Position numbers and translations under genes: made by a program
From: Lytechinus pictus
Taxonomy: Eukaryota
DNA length: 60,000 nt
Direction of reading: 5' to 3'
NCBI RefSeq assembly: GCF_037042905.1
Contig: NC_087251.1
Span: forward strand, 48,052,001 to 48,112,000
The notes under the pieces: model-generated
Database searches by the model: none
What the model was told of the DNA's origin: nothing
Seen by the model: only the letters and a program-made list of their open reading frames with translations
Part shown: piece by piece, positions 32,541 to 45,257 of the stretch
How the letters are laid out: every line of letters starts with the position of its first letter
How positions within the stretch are numbered: the stretch's first letter is position 1

Positions 32541-34986
32541 AAGGAACGTTTTTTTTTTTCATAGGGGGGTGCTGGTTTGACGATACAAAAATATTGACAA
32601 GCAAATCAAAAAGGATTTTCGACAAAATTAAGGTAATTTCGTCGAATTTCGACATTTTAGCATACCAATTATTTCTATGGGGTGCTGCCTATGGTGTTTA
32701 ACATACGCAGCATCCCCAGCAAAAAATCTAGGGGGGCACAGCCTTCTTCTCAGGGCCATGCTCAGAGATTTGGTTAAGACAGGCTATGCCGCTGAGATCG
32801 TAAAATTTTGGCCCATAATTAGTGAAAAATTTTCACTAATTTCACAACAGGAGGTGTGTATATCGGGGGGGGGGGGGGAGGGAGGGGGGGAGTAGGGGTC
32901 GGGTTGCCTACAGTTTAAAACAAAGTTTCGATCTCAATTTCTAAGCTACTCAAAACATTCCATGGATTCTGGTTTTTAACGCAAAACTACTCTTTGATCA
33001 CCAGTGTCTGTTTTGAAATATTTGAAAATTTAATTTTCCTGTAACTTCAGCCGAGAGAAATGTTGGCATACGATTACTATTGGCCATTTGTTTTGAACTC
33101 ACCTTACAAAATGTCATTATGTTACGTTTTTTCCATATTCTGTTGTGTTTAATGAACGATATCTATATATAGCTTTAATGGAGTGCCATTTTTCATAGAT
33201 CTGTGCCATTTGAAAGCTGAATACTAATATATATCCTCTATCATGTCTGTAAATATGAATTCGCGACGCTACGAGTGATAGCATGAAGAGGAGCGGGGGT
33301 GGTTTGAATGTCATCAAAACGTCAAACAACACGTTCACTCATGATGTGTTAGAAATTACTCCTACCTCATGTTAATGTCATTTTTAAATACTCAAGGAAT
33401 TTTCCTTCAGAAAAATGTATACTTTTGCTTGATAATAGTAAATATTTTTTTTGTTCAAATTATGACCATTTTGAGACCGATAAGTGTACCATCATTAGAT
33501 TTGGGCGACATAACACTAACCGCATGGCCCGCCGTACAAAAATTACTATGACAAATAAAAACTGGAAAGTGGGAGCTTAAAATATGAACCCTTTATTAGG
33601 TATTGAAGAATTCAATAAACAAAATTAACATATAATATTTATTATACATCATGTACAAATATAAAGCATGAATTTATAGACTTAAGCAATGTTGGTTGTT
33701 CCATTAATATTTATTACCAATACCATAAATTTTATAATTTCAATGTTTACTACCTTTATTAATATGTAAAATGAATTTTTTCAAACAGAGACGGCTCCAG
33801 GACAAGATAACTTATTTTCTCAGTTAAATGATACACAGTCAAATGTTTTAGCACGTTGTTTAAGCTCGTCACTCAATCGTGTTGCTTAAACCTTTAATGA
33901 TTATTTAAGATTTTTGAAATTGTTTTAACTTTTTGTAAACAATTGTTTCAAACTTTGAACCATAGTTCTAGAATGACGGGCTAAAAATTCCAAAAAGCGT
34001 TTGTGCAATGTAGGGGTATTATTACAGTTACACGGCCCAGACCCCTTTCTAATTATATACTCCCTTTACTTTTATTCTCTTTCCTTCTTCCCTTTTCTAA
34101 TCATGAACGATCACCCCGACCTCTGTGGCACCTTTCAAATAAAGATTGGAAATATAATTATTTTCTAAATTTTCGTTATGTGATGATGACAATCAGTACT
34201 CTCATACATATAATAAAATTGTAAATTGAGCTCAAACTATTTGCTAATGTTTAATATTGATAGCATCTGTAGCCTTTTTGAAAATTCCATTGAGTATGCA
34301 TGATTATGATAATGAATATTATGATAAAATAACAATATCAAATAGAAAACAAAATACCGAAAAACATGAAATATGATCCTACGTGGAATTATGTTTTATA
34401 TATTTTCCTCCCATAGCATTTTGGGGGCAAATAAAGTGCCTTAGTGTTAAGGGCTTGTCGTTGCACATCATGAAATTAAAAATCAATCAATCATTCTTTA
34501 TGCAATTAATGGTGAGATAATCAATACACATACCGTGGCACTTAACAGAATACCTAAGAAAATATTCTACTCAATAAAATACTATAAGGAATAAAACCAA
34601 TATAGCGACAGTGATGACGAAAGAGTAATCCGTCTCCTAAAAACACATACAATACGAGAGGCAAGAGCAAAATATAGTTCTTTGTAAAACACATTATTTA
34701 CAAATTCAACCATTTTTGCACGATCTGTGGGTTCTCTGTTTCTCAATTCCTGGATTCCAAAACACACAAGATATATGGGTCCGTTTCAGGTCAGGCGAGG
34801 CCATGTTTTACAGAGGTTCACTGAGCTCTGGCGTACAGAATATTAAGCATGGGAATATCAGCTATATTCGTCGCTACTCAGAAAGTCACGGGTGGAACTA
34901 CATGTTTACATCGACGAACTGAAAGGAACTTTAACAAGTGTTTCAAGTATGAACGTAAATGTACACAGTCTTAAATAGGAGCTGAA

Positions 34987-35334
34987 TTAGTAGCGGAACT
35001 CCCGGCAACCAGAATCGTGGAATCCTTTCCTGCACCCGTGGAAGCAGTTGCCAAGCTTGTAGGTTGGGAAGAAAGTATGGCAGAAACTGCAGTCGCTGAC
35101 GCAGACGCGGCGTCGATCACGGCTGAAAGCTTCACCACCCCTCGTTAATCGGGAGAAGACGTCATCATTGTCGCCCGTCTGCAGTGCGTCCCATAAATCT
35201 ATCTGTTGGTCATCGATATCGTTGTCGCCTTGGAGTTCGCCAACGTTCTGTTTGTCGTATGCAGGGAGAGCGTAGCTCTGGATCAGGACCAAGAGCGAGC
35301 ATATCAGGAGAAGGTATTGTGATAGCGTGTTCAT
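34987..35334 (-). CDS. Secreted neuropeptide precursor, eclosion hormone-like (echinoderm Spnp15-type), 115 aa
   Basis: Hydrophobic signal peptide (~22 aa, ...IQSYA/LP), acidic spacer, RDRRR convertase site, then VCVSDCSFCHTFFPTYKLGNCFHGCRKGFHDSGCREFRY with C-x3-C-x2-C-x11-C-x3-C-x8-C spacing. Splice acceptor TTCTCCAG lies 6 nt before the ATG. Family assignment is from recall, not a search. Confidence 0.88.
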   Translation of the reverse strand: MNTLSQYLLLICSLLVLIQSYALPAYDKQNVGELQGDNDIDDQQIDLWDALQTGDNDDVFSRLTRGGEAFSRDRRRVCVSDCSFCHTFFPTYKLGNCFHGCRKGFHDSGCREFRY

Positions 35335-35514
35335 TGTGGACTGGAGAATGAATCAAACGAGAAAAAAGAGAAAAATGCAGAAAATATAATTCACTGAAGT
35401 AGAATGCAGAAAATATATACACACAAAAATCAAAACGGAATACATTAGTCAATTAATAAAGTTCAATAATCAACGACAGAAAGAACATAATTCTAAAGAC
35501 TTTAAACATCATGT

Positions 35515-36002
35515 ACGCTCTTAAAATGTTTGGCAACATACTGTCCACACAATAATTGGTTAAAAATTTATCCAAATCTGGGTAGTTTTCAAAACAATAC
35601 TGTGAAGTTTTCACCAAAAGCACACATTATTTTTGTATGATTAATAATAAAGGACCGAGTAGGCGTCCTTGTGGACACCACAATTGACTGGTCATATTAA
35701 ATGACCTGTTATAGTTTATCTGTCAATATTGTTTCCTGTTTGATAAATAATTCCTGAATCGATCCTTCCATAGATTTCTGGGGAATATCCTAGGGTCCCT
35801 AGCATGTCTAGTATGGCAATCCATCCACACACTCTTAAAATGTTGGGCTGTCCAAACAACAATTGATTTAAAAAAAGTTTTCAACCTATAATGTATAATT
35901 TTCACCCAAATCACGCATTATTGGTTTAAAACTACCCAGAATTGGATAAAGTTTTAACCAATTGTTGTTTGGGCAGTATGTTGCCCAATATTTTTAAGAG
36001 TG
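35515..36002. mobile_element. Palindromic MITE copies (CACTCTTAAAA ends) in the EH-like gene intron
   Basis: Left ends at ~35515 and ~35830; right end ATATTTTTAAGAGTG at 36002. Confidence 0.7.
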
Positions 36003-37947
36003 AAATAATATTATGGTTGACGATTATGTGTGTTTCAAATGTCTGTAATTGTAACAAAGGAAATTCTTTCAAATACATTTAGTATTATTAATCTGATAGG
36101 CCTACTATATAGTAGGCCGTAGTATACCCGTAGTAAAACGTAAAAAGTTAATAGTATTGCATTGAACAGAGGATTGACAATAAAATGTATTTTAGGATGG
36201 TGACGACTGATCCTGTAACTTTCTTTCCTTCTAATCTATCGCAATATTTTCCTCTTTATGGTAGGGGCAACAAAATATTGAAAATGGTTTAGAAAGAAAA
36301 ATTCATTTGTTGCTGTTCATTTCCATTATTTTGTGTTTCTTACTATATATATCTGTTAAAGGTTCTGTTTTGTTAAATTTCCCATGCGTTTCTCATGTTG
36401 TTTGGGAGTTAGATTAGATAGAATAATACTATTTCTTTATCCTGATTAATCAATTTGTTAGAATATTTTCGTATCTTGTGTATTTGTCTCAGATCTTGCC
36501 ATTTGGACTTGTTTTTTTGTAATCATAAAAAATCACTCATAGAAATAATACTATTGTAACAATCACAATAATAAGAATACACTGGATAAACAAAGGGGTG
36601 TAATCATCATGTTAGGTGCAGCTGCAGACGTTCTCATGATAAAAAGGTCAATCATTTTAAAAGTAAGTAAATGTCTATGCTATTCATTTCTCACACCTGG
36701 GTCCCATACAGTACGATAGACTCAATCTCACACCGAGACGGGTTTTATCACTCCCTGGTTTTATATTCTGTATTCAAATGGTAGTGATACATCGTAAAGC
36801 ATATAAGCTATGACAGTACTGACCTACCCATTTAGATAATTATATCATATAAACCATGCTTCAAAAAACGATATTCGCGGTAAATTAGCGAAGATATACA
36901 TTCTAGACCTACATTGCATGTCAATGTACTGGTATGCGAATTTCTTTACAGCGCAGCTCCTTCTTTATATTGGGAAAAAATTTACATTATTTATTATTAA
37001 TTATTTCTATTCTTGAATATGAAATATCTTTATGTTGAGAAATATTGAATAAATAATGGAGAGATGTAAGTAAACAGTTGTGGAAAATACATAATAATAA
37101 GAGAAATTGAAGAATAAACCCTATTCGCTAAAATCATGAAAATTCGATAACAAGCTGGTAAAAGAGCCGCCGATTTAACGTTCAGACATGACTGGATCTA
37201 AAGACCATTTCTAAATCATATTACGTCTTATTCATATTTGACAAATAGATTGCCATTTTCAGAACTGGTGTCTGGTTACATTCGTGCCCTTTTGATAATA
37301 CTCCTTTGGGTCGTATAGCGTATAACAATTAAGTAAGAAAGGGTTAGGAAGTATATCGGTTCATTTTAGAGCCACCGACCAACGTACGAGTAGGATGGGG
37401 GGGGGGGTCCCGATGTCCGGACACTAAAGGAGTTTACCCATATTTGATATGGAATTTCTCGTCAAATAACTATAATTTCGAATGGTTACGCTTTGTATTT
37501 GTTTTCCGACGTTACATTTACTTTTTAATGAAAATACTGCTTGCAAAATATCTTGAAATTGCCGTTTTGTGTGAACAAACAACCCATCCGGACATGTGGG
37601 AAAATATTGTATACTTTACCAGAAACAGGACTGGTAGTATGTAAACAACTTTATCGAACATACGTTATCGTCAAGCGATTATTTTTTATAATAAAATACT
37701 AAAAATCGGCACCACAAAGCAGGCTCTGTGTTCATGCATCCCCCATGCATTCATCTCTGTCAAAGTAAATGAGTTTCTGTACCCCTCATATCACACGCAA
37801 TTATTTCATGAGATGACATTTATCACTTTAATGGTTGTTATTTTATAACCTATAATCTCATGCTTTATTCCATTCCTTCTTTTCTGGAGCGCATGACGGC
37901 CGCTTTATCACGATAATCATTTACACATTAGGCATGTTAGGGCTTAC

Positions 37948-38108
37948 AGATGAAATACATTAAATCAAATCTGCCTTTTCAGCTTCCAGTTAAATTATGA
38001 TGCTGGTATATTGGCGGAGGAGTGATGGACGCGCGTTGGAAGGCATGTTATTGTGCCTCTTTATTGTATCGTATGGACTCTCTTTCGCCGGCACGCTCCG
38101 ACTTATCT
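37948..38108 (-). other. Probable non-coding first exon (5' UTR) of the EH-like precursor gene
   Basis: GTAAG donor at 37947-37943; GC/CpG-richer stretch directly downstream of TATATA; pairs with the acceptor at 35341-35342 (intron ~2.6 kb). Confidence 0.55.
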
Positions 38109-38240
38109 TCGCCTTCATCCTCCTAGTCGTGCTATATAGAGTAACATGACACGGCCTATTCATTGGGAAATCCATCCAAGAGGTGAGGGATGAGTCGAAG
38201 AATGGATGGCCATGGCTCAGCGGCAGGCCATGTCATCATA
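38100..38240 (-). promoter_or_regulatory. Candidate core promoter of the EH-like gene (TATA box 38133-38138)
   Basis: CTCTATATAGCAC on the minus strand, ~30 nt upstream of the putative first exon. Confidence 0.5.
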
Positions 38241-38978
38241 TGGCATTTCATCCACACACGTAGATCATTGTCAGACTTTTTCATCCCCTTTCCCGGAGAA
38301 AAGAAACTCACTAGGAAGAGGGAGAAGTAGTCCAGAAAACGAGAGGTATAAGCTATACCATCTTTTTAAATTCACGCATGGAGTCGTGATTTCTGTAATG
38401 TGATTTACCCATGATCATGCCTCATGATAAACCAATAAAACTGAAGAAAACTTCTTCGAAAGTAATATACAATTGAAATTATAATTTCATTTAAGAGCAA
38501 ATTTCCCTGTCTATTTCAGGCTCTCATGAGGATATGAGTTTTTTGGATATTCTTTGAAATCATTCTGAATAAATCTGAAAAATAAATAAATTGAACTGAG
38601 TTGAGCTGTCATGCAGTGCGTAAACTCATATCTATTCAGATATTGCATGTATATACTTTGATTTGTACCCTTTACCTTTAGTAATTGTCTATGAAAGATT
38701 TGGTAAATTGGTTGCATCAAAGCACCTAAACACCTAAACCAGAGGACTGTTTCATGAACCAAAAAGTCAATTATTTTTACTCTCTAATTCATTCTGAGCC
38801 AATCAGATAAAACTATTTCCGTAGCTTATAACAGCTGTCAGTGAAAATCACTCACTATTTGTTTCATGAAATACTCCCCTGAATACAACCTGGCTGATCA
38901 AGCAGGAATTAACATTTGAAATGCTCTGATTTAAAGCTACGACTAGCTTTCGTCATGCTGGTAATTGGACTTACCATG

Positions 38979-39136
38979 CAGGGGCCGCGGAAGCGGGGGG
39001 GGGGGGGGGTGGACTTCAGCCCCCACTTTTTTTTTAACCGTATGCATAAACGTAAAAATGACCATATGATAATGATTTTTTGCATGGTCAGCCCCCCCCC
39101 CCTCCCCCCACTTTTAAAACCGTTCCGCGGCCCCTG
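38979..39136. mobile_element. Small hAT-like MITE
   Basis: CAGGGGCCGCGGAA..TTCCGCGGCCCCTG; CCATG on both flanks. Confidence 0.8.
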
Positions 39137-42100
39137 CCATGATCATCTGAAAATGTGGGAAAAAACACAACCTTCTTCAGGGGTGGGGGGGAACTTTAAC
39201 TTCATTGCCAAGCTAATTATGCTCATCTATTTATATCGACATGCACCAACATAATATTGATTAATTCGTACAAATAAGCTTGAAATGCATCAAATACATA
39301 TTTGAAAATGTATAGAACAATATTTTTTGTATATATGAATTATAACAAATATGACAAACATGCACGATGTCATTATAACATGAAATTGTTTACTTTGATG
39401 TAATTGAAGTAAATCTAAAATCAGTACATTGGCTTTACAATACCATGTAATTACCATGGTTATTTTGTCAAAACTCTATAATACTCTCAATTCTTCTTTG
39501 AAGTCAAGACCTCGTAGGTTGATTAATGCTACGATTTCTCAAGAAGGTTGTGTCGTCAACCTTTATACCGTCGACAGTCAATGCTGTATTCACACCAATG
39601 AAACAGACTCCAAACCGACCGATGGTAAACAGCAAAAACTGTGGTGTTAACCCGTGTACATAGAGGACCACACCAGTCATTTTACACCGGTGTTAAATTG
39701 ACAGTGTTAGTTTAACACCTATATGTGTTATTACATCGCCTTTGGTTGTTACATTTACACTCTTTGGTGTTATGTTCAATCTCTAGGGTGTAATTTTCAC
39801 ACATCAGGGTGTGGTCGGTTTTCTTTGTTATGACTGTACCATATACATTAGAGTAGTCAAGTGATTATCCATCGGATGGACACCTCCTTAATTTCAATAT
39901 ATTGTAGGAATCATGTCATCGAGAACGTTCAAACGCCAATACAACAGCATGCAGGCAATCTTTATTCAAATAAAAATGTTTACTTGGTTTACAAACTCAA
40001 TAATGCCTTTGCAGTCACAGTGATTATCTATGTTTTTTTTATTTGCGATACAATTCATAAATAAAACATCACCTTTTTATATCTTGCTCTTTTGGAAAGT
40101 TTTGTCTCTTTGTTTAATCGTATATAGGATAATAATACTTGGTTCTTTTATAGCGCACCACACATAGCAGATTGCATATCCCTGTGCGCTAGATGTATAC
40201 GACATGACGATTAGAAGCCTTTTATTGAAGCTTAGAGAATATAAAAGGGCAATATTATTTGCAGAAGTGTAAGATCAATCTCCAAGTTTTATGGACAAGA
40301 ATAAAATATTGTCAACTTTCCCCTATGAAATCATGCATGACTTCTTTACCCTAACGACGTCACTTGTTTGCAAATCAGTAAATATTCAATTGTTTGATAT
40401 CATAGAGGTGATATTGAATCTTCAATGACGTGTTTAACCGTAGAGGAAGAAGGTTTATTGCTTTATCTTCTCGACCCTTATTTTCAATCCATCCATTCTT
40501 TTTATTTGTATTTGCCATTCGCTATACTCTATTCCTCGAGTATTGGAAAATTTCTGACACGGAGATTACCACGAGTAATATGCTGTTATATTTTAATTTT
40601 CTTCAAACCATGTCCACAGCTCCAAAACTTTACTTTTCAGATCCCAAACTTTACTTTGATGATTGGATCTATAGGGTTTTCATAAACATCGCATTCAGCC
40701 GAATTATCTAGCCCAAACTAATACCACGCTGATGAGTACCAAGACAATCTGATATCCACATTGGAATGCACAGACCAGGTTACACAATTATTACAGTCAT
40801 TTATGGTGTAAACCTCGCCCGAGTCGTGTTAGCAATCTCGGGTTTGGCTCGCTCAATCTTCATGCGAGTATCCTCTGTGACGAATTCCCATGTGTTTCCG
40901 TGCGTATCACGGTTCAACATTGTCAGCCCAACGTTGCCTAACATAACCATTCCCATCCTCCCGCGCCAGGGCGGTCGGGGCAGAATATCTCCAAGGAACC
41001 AATGACATATATCAGACTGGAGCTGTTATTGGTTGATTCCTTTGGAGTCGGAGATGAATTTGATTACCCGTGAGGACCAGTAAGCCTTTATAAAAAGGCA
41101 TGCCCTGAATTATTGCATCGTACGCTGCAGCATTTGATTGCTTCCCGCCAACATCTTTCAAGACGTGATTCGCACTAAAACACTGTTTTATTTCGGTTGT
41201 CTGTATGCATTTACTCCGATCAGTGAGAATCACATTGTTTCAATAGCCTAATTCTTGTTTGGGTGTTTTACATGGGATCGTACTTTACCGCCTTGTGTAA
41301 TGGAAAGACGATACGCCATGGCACTCCCACCAATGTTGGAATAATCTGAATTCATCGTGTTCTCCTAAAATGTGTTTACATTGTTTTGAAAGTTTTGTTT
41401 TATCTCATTCACGCAAACTAAAATGTCTTAGAATTAAGTACACCAAAGAAAGGAAATATCTCATTCGATTTGAAATAATAATTTATTAATGATTTATTCA
41501 TCCCGTTTTATTCATTTTTTCATATATGGGGGAGGGGTAAAGATTGGTTTAAAAATTGAGTTCTAAAAAAATGTCCAATGTGGCACATGTGACGTAAAAG
41601 ACACATTTCCTCAGCCAACAAAAATCCACTTTTCATTAGCACTAGACAATATATCCGATCCCAGGAGAGGTCGCTGACAGATCTCTCTAATACATGTATT
41701 AAGGAGTATACTACATTTTGCTGGTAAGATAGCCCTAATGATGTTACAAAACTGCCCCAGTATTATATAAAATAAAGATATATAAGTTACGCACGATTTT
41801 GCATAAGTCTGTATCGTTAACTATTTTTGCACGTATAGATATTAATGACATACCCAAGTTTCCCCGTGTCTAACCATAGTAGGAGTCAATATCTTAAGAG
41901 CCTAATCAAATATAATGTTGTAAAATTATAAACCCTGTAGATTCTTGCGAACAATAATGTTAATCGAGAATAAATAAAAGAAATGAAATGAAATAACATT
42001 ATGCAGTGGGGCATATAGGCCCGAAGAAAGTTTGTGTATTGGACAGCAGGTCTAAAGCCAATCTCACTATACAATGTAGACAAAACTTCTCTGAATTAGA

Positions 42101-43499
42101 AGTTGACACATAATGTATATAAGTAGAATCTGTTATTTGTAATTATTTCTCGATTTTTCAGTAGATTTAACCTGTCTTTTAATATACTTGATTTACTTGG
42201 GTTCAATATGCATTTACGAAAATTCACGTATTGCTAGCTTGCTTCGATTAATTAAATATAACTCCAATTAGGCCAAGATAATCATTAGTTATAAAATCAC
42301 GTTGAATGTACTTATATTTTTCAATTAAATCCTTATTTAAAAAGTTCCTGAATATTCAATAAAAGCACGTAAATGTTTGAAAATTTTTAAAGAACTGTCA
42401 GATCTATTTGTGTTGGAATTTTTTTATAATAATGTGTGCAATATTTTATTCTTTTGTTGAATCAAAGGAAGAGCAACATTAAATAGTCACTCATCAGAAA
42501 ATTCAAGATTTTTTTACGGTTCTCGGAAAATGTTGATATTATTCTCACTGTTTTATTTGTTAGGAAGAACCGGTCGCGTATAAATATAAATTCCAGTACC
42601 TATCATGTACAGGTAAGTGACAGTGCAAAAAGTCTAATAATAATGGATAAAAGATGGATGAGATGAAAATGATGCCACTGAAAGTGCGACGATGGGGAGC
42701 GGCCTTTCGAATCACGAAAGTCCACTCCCCCATTTGTTTTTCATTAAATATTTTAGTGATTGTTTGATTAATTGAATTAAGTTGTCGTAACTTTAATTTA
42801 CTTGAGTAAAATGGATGCAAAGAAAATAAGTAAATTTTACTTAAAACTGCCAAACTTGTAAATATTTGAAAAAAAATTAAGGCATTTTTTTGCCTCAATT
42901 TTACTGAGTAATTAAATTTTTTTTTACAGTGAATTCCTTACCATCTCCCTTCTAATGGTCAGTTTAATGGCGGTCAAAACAAAGACCGACTATATATGAA
43001 CCTATAGAAGCCATGATCTAAGTCTGAATGTTGCATTGGCAGTTTTTAATAAAACACTTTAAAGTTGATTGCACTTTAACTTATCAAGCGACACTGGCTT
43101 AACGAGGTCAAGTTTTTTTTCGCTCAATATCAATGTTTTATGGTGGCATATTGCACAAGATTGACCTCAATTCATCCACAGGCTCAAAGACATTTTCAAT
43201 AATTTCAACCTAATAAAGCAACACTACATTTTCGAAAGAGGTCAGTTGAGTATTGGAATGGTTACATTTCCGTGTTGCATGGTATTACCAGCTGAATCAA
43301 CCACAAAATCCATCAGACACGTTTTGTAATAGGAGTACCATACACAAATTAACAAGAATATTATTCGACGAATCGAGAATGTTTATTATATAAATGATAA
43401 AAAGCTTTAACGTGTTCAACGTTTAAATGTTTTAAAACTAAAAATTGCTCGGCAAGTTACTGGTCAGAAAATGAAAGGCCATTAAATGACTATATCCTT

Positions 43500-43639
43500 G
43501 GGAGCGTTTCATCAATATTTTCGTCCGACAAGTTGTCAGACCTGATAACTTTTCTTGATTCTGATTGGCTGAGAAACACTGTTATTATAGTAACTGTCGG
43601 ATAAAGCAGAACTTTCAGTCCTTTCATGAAACGCTTCCT
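43500..43639. mobile_element. Short MITE; related copies at ~38740-38881 and ~44272-44414
   Basis: GGGAGCGTTTCAT..ATGAAACGCTTCC ends with internal CTGATTGGCT/AGCCAATCAG. Confidence 0.7.
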
Positions 43640-45084
43640 AGATATGAGATTCTTGATCACGCGGTTCGGATTCCTGTTTTTCGGGAGAGGGATTCATCCA
43701 GAATTAATCTTAACATCTCCTTACATTACAAACTACCAAAATTCTTAATCTGATAAAATTACAAATTTATCCCACTTCGATGAAATTAATCAAATACTGT
43801 ATTTTCAATTTATTCCCATTCGTTGACAATAAAGTTTGTTTTTAAGTAATGAATTAAGAACATTTTGGGGTACAGCAGTAAGTTATAAACTACATGTAAC
43901 CCGATAACCATTCCTGGTTTTGCCATCGCCCATTTTCAAGACACTTGTAACTATACTTAAAAAAATTACCATGAGTGGAATACTGTTCTCAGTGGTATTC
44001 CAATAAAAGGCCAAGGTAACTTTACTTTTCCTCTCATGTGCATATGACATTTCTCCTCAGCACCTACCCAGTTTATAATTCTGTCATGATGATATTTAGC
44101 ATGTTTCTTTCATTTTCTTTATTGATGATTACAATGACTGGCGCGACGAATCGTTCTCGTGTTCTACTTTCTTTTAATAAGTGACAAAAAGGAACAAGTT
44201 CTCCCATTTTCGTATCTCCTGAAATAGACGGTGGTTCAAAGGCCTGCATGTCTCAAAATACTCATCCATTTCAGGGGAGCTTTTTCATAAAAAAAAGAGG
44301 CAGTGATTCTCACTGACAATGTTGCTGTCAGCCAATCAGATGGAAGGATTTCAGTAGTTTATAACAAATCTTCAGTGAAGATCGCTGACTTTTTGCTTCA
44401 TGAAATGCTCCCCTAATCTTGTTCTCTTCCAGTGCATCGTGTCATAAACAGGAAACTACTCATTCATACGCCTACGCCTTTACAGGGTTGTATCTTTTGA
44501 TATGGCTCGTATTGAATCAGCATCCCATTTCTCTACTATTGTCCAGATTCAGGACAAGTAATAAATTAGATCATTTATCATTGATATATGATTCGGCTGA
44601 CAAAGAAGTTAATTTCATACAAGCATCACATTGGGGAAAATAATGGCAAATTACCTGCTCGTCGTAATCCGTATCCATGGCACAGATTCAGCCATAATAC
44701 ACATCTATTTTTTATATTTACTAGTACAATAGTGTTATCTGTTGGCTTTATAATTAGGAATCTGGTGAATATGATGATTATTAATCTAATATATTGTTTA
44801 AAAGTAGAATGAGTGACGTCTGCATTGTAGTGTTCCACTGTTCCTTCATTATGCAACAAATTGTTATATTTAGCTATGATATTTCTGTTTGGTAATAGCA
44901 GCTTAAAAGCACTCCATGCAGAGTCCTGCGATATTTGGCTACAAAAACGCGTTTTTACACTTACTCATCGAGATATATTTTCATAGTAGTTATCGATGAC
45001 AAGACATAACAAATGAAAATCCATATTTCATTGTTCGAAATCTGAAATAGAAATAATCCGAAAATATAGTTTTGCCCAGTTAAT

Positions 45085-45257
45085 CGTGGGCCCGGCAGCC
45101 ACTGTGCAGCGCCAGATGGACGTTGCTCCATCCCATAAATCGTTGGACGCCAAACAAGGTAGCAGCAACTCCAATTAGTCTGACGCGACTGGGGTTTGAA
45201 CTCCCGACCTCCCGGTTATAAGACGGACTCTCTACCAACTGATCCAACACATCGGTG
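45085..45257 (-). mobile_element. tRNA-derived SINE
   Basis: Minus strand TGGATCAGTTGGTAGAG (A box) and GAGTTCAAACCC (B box), then a non-tRNA body. Confidence 0.75.
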
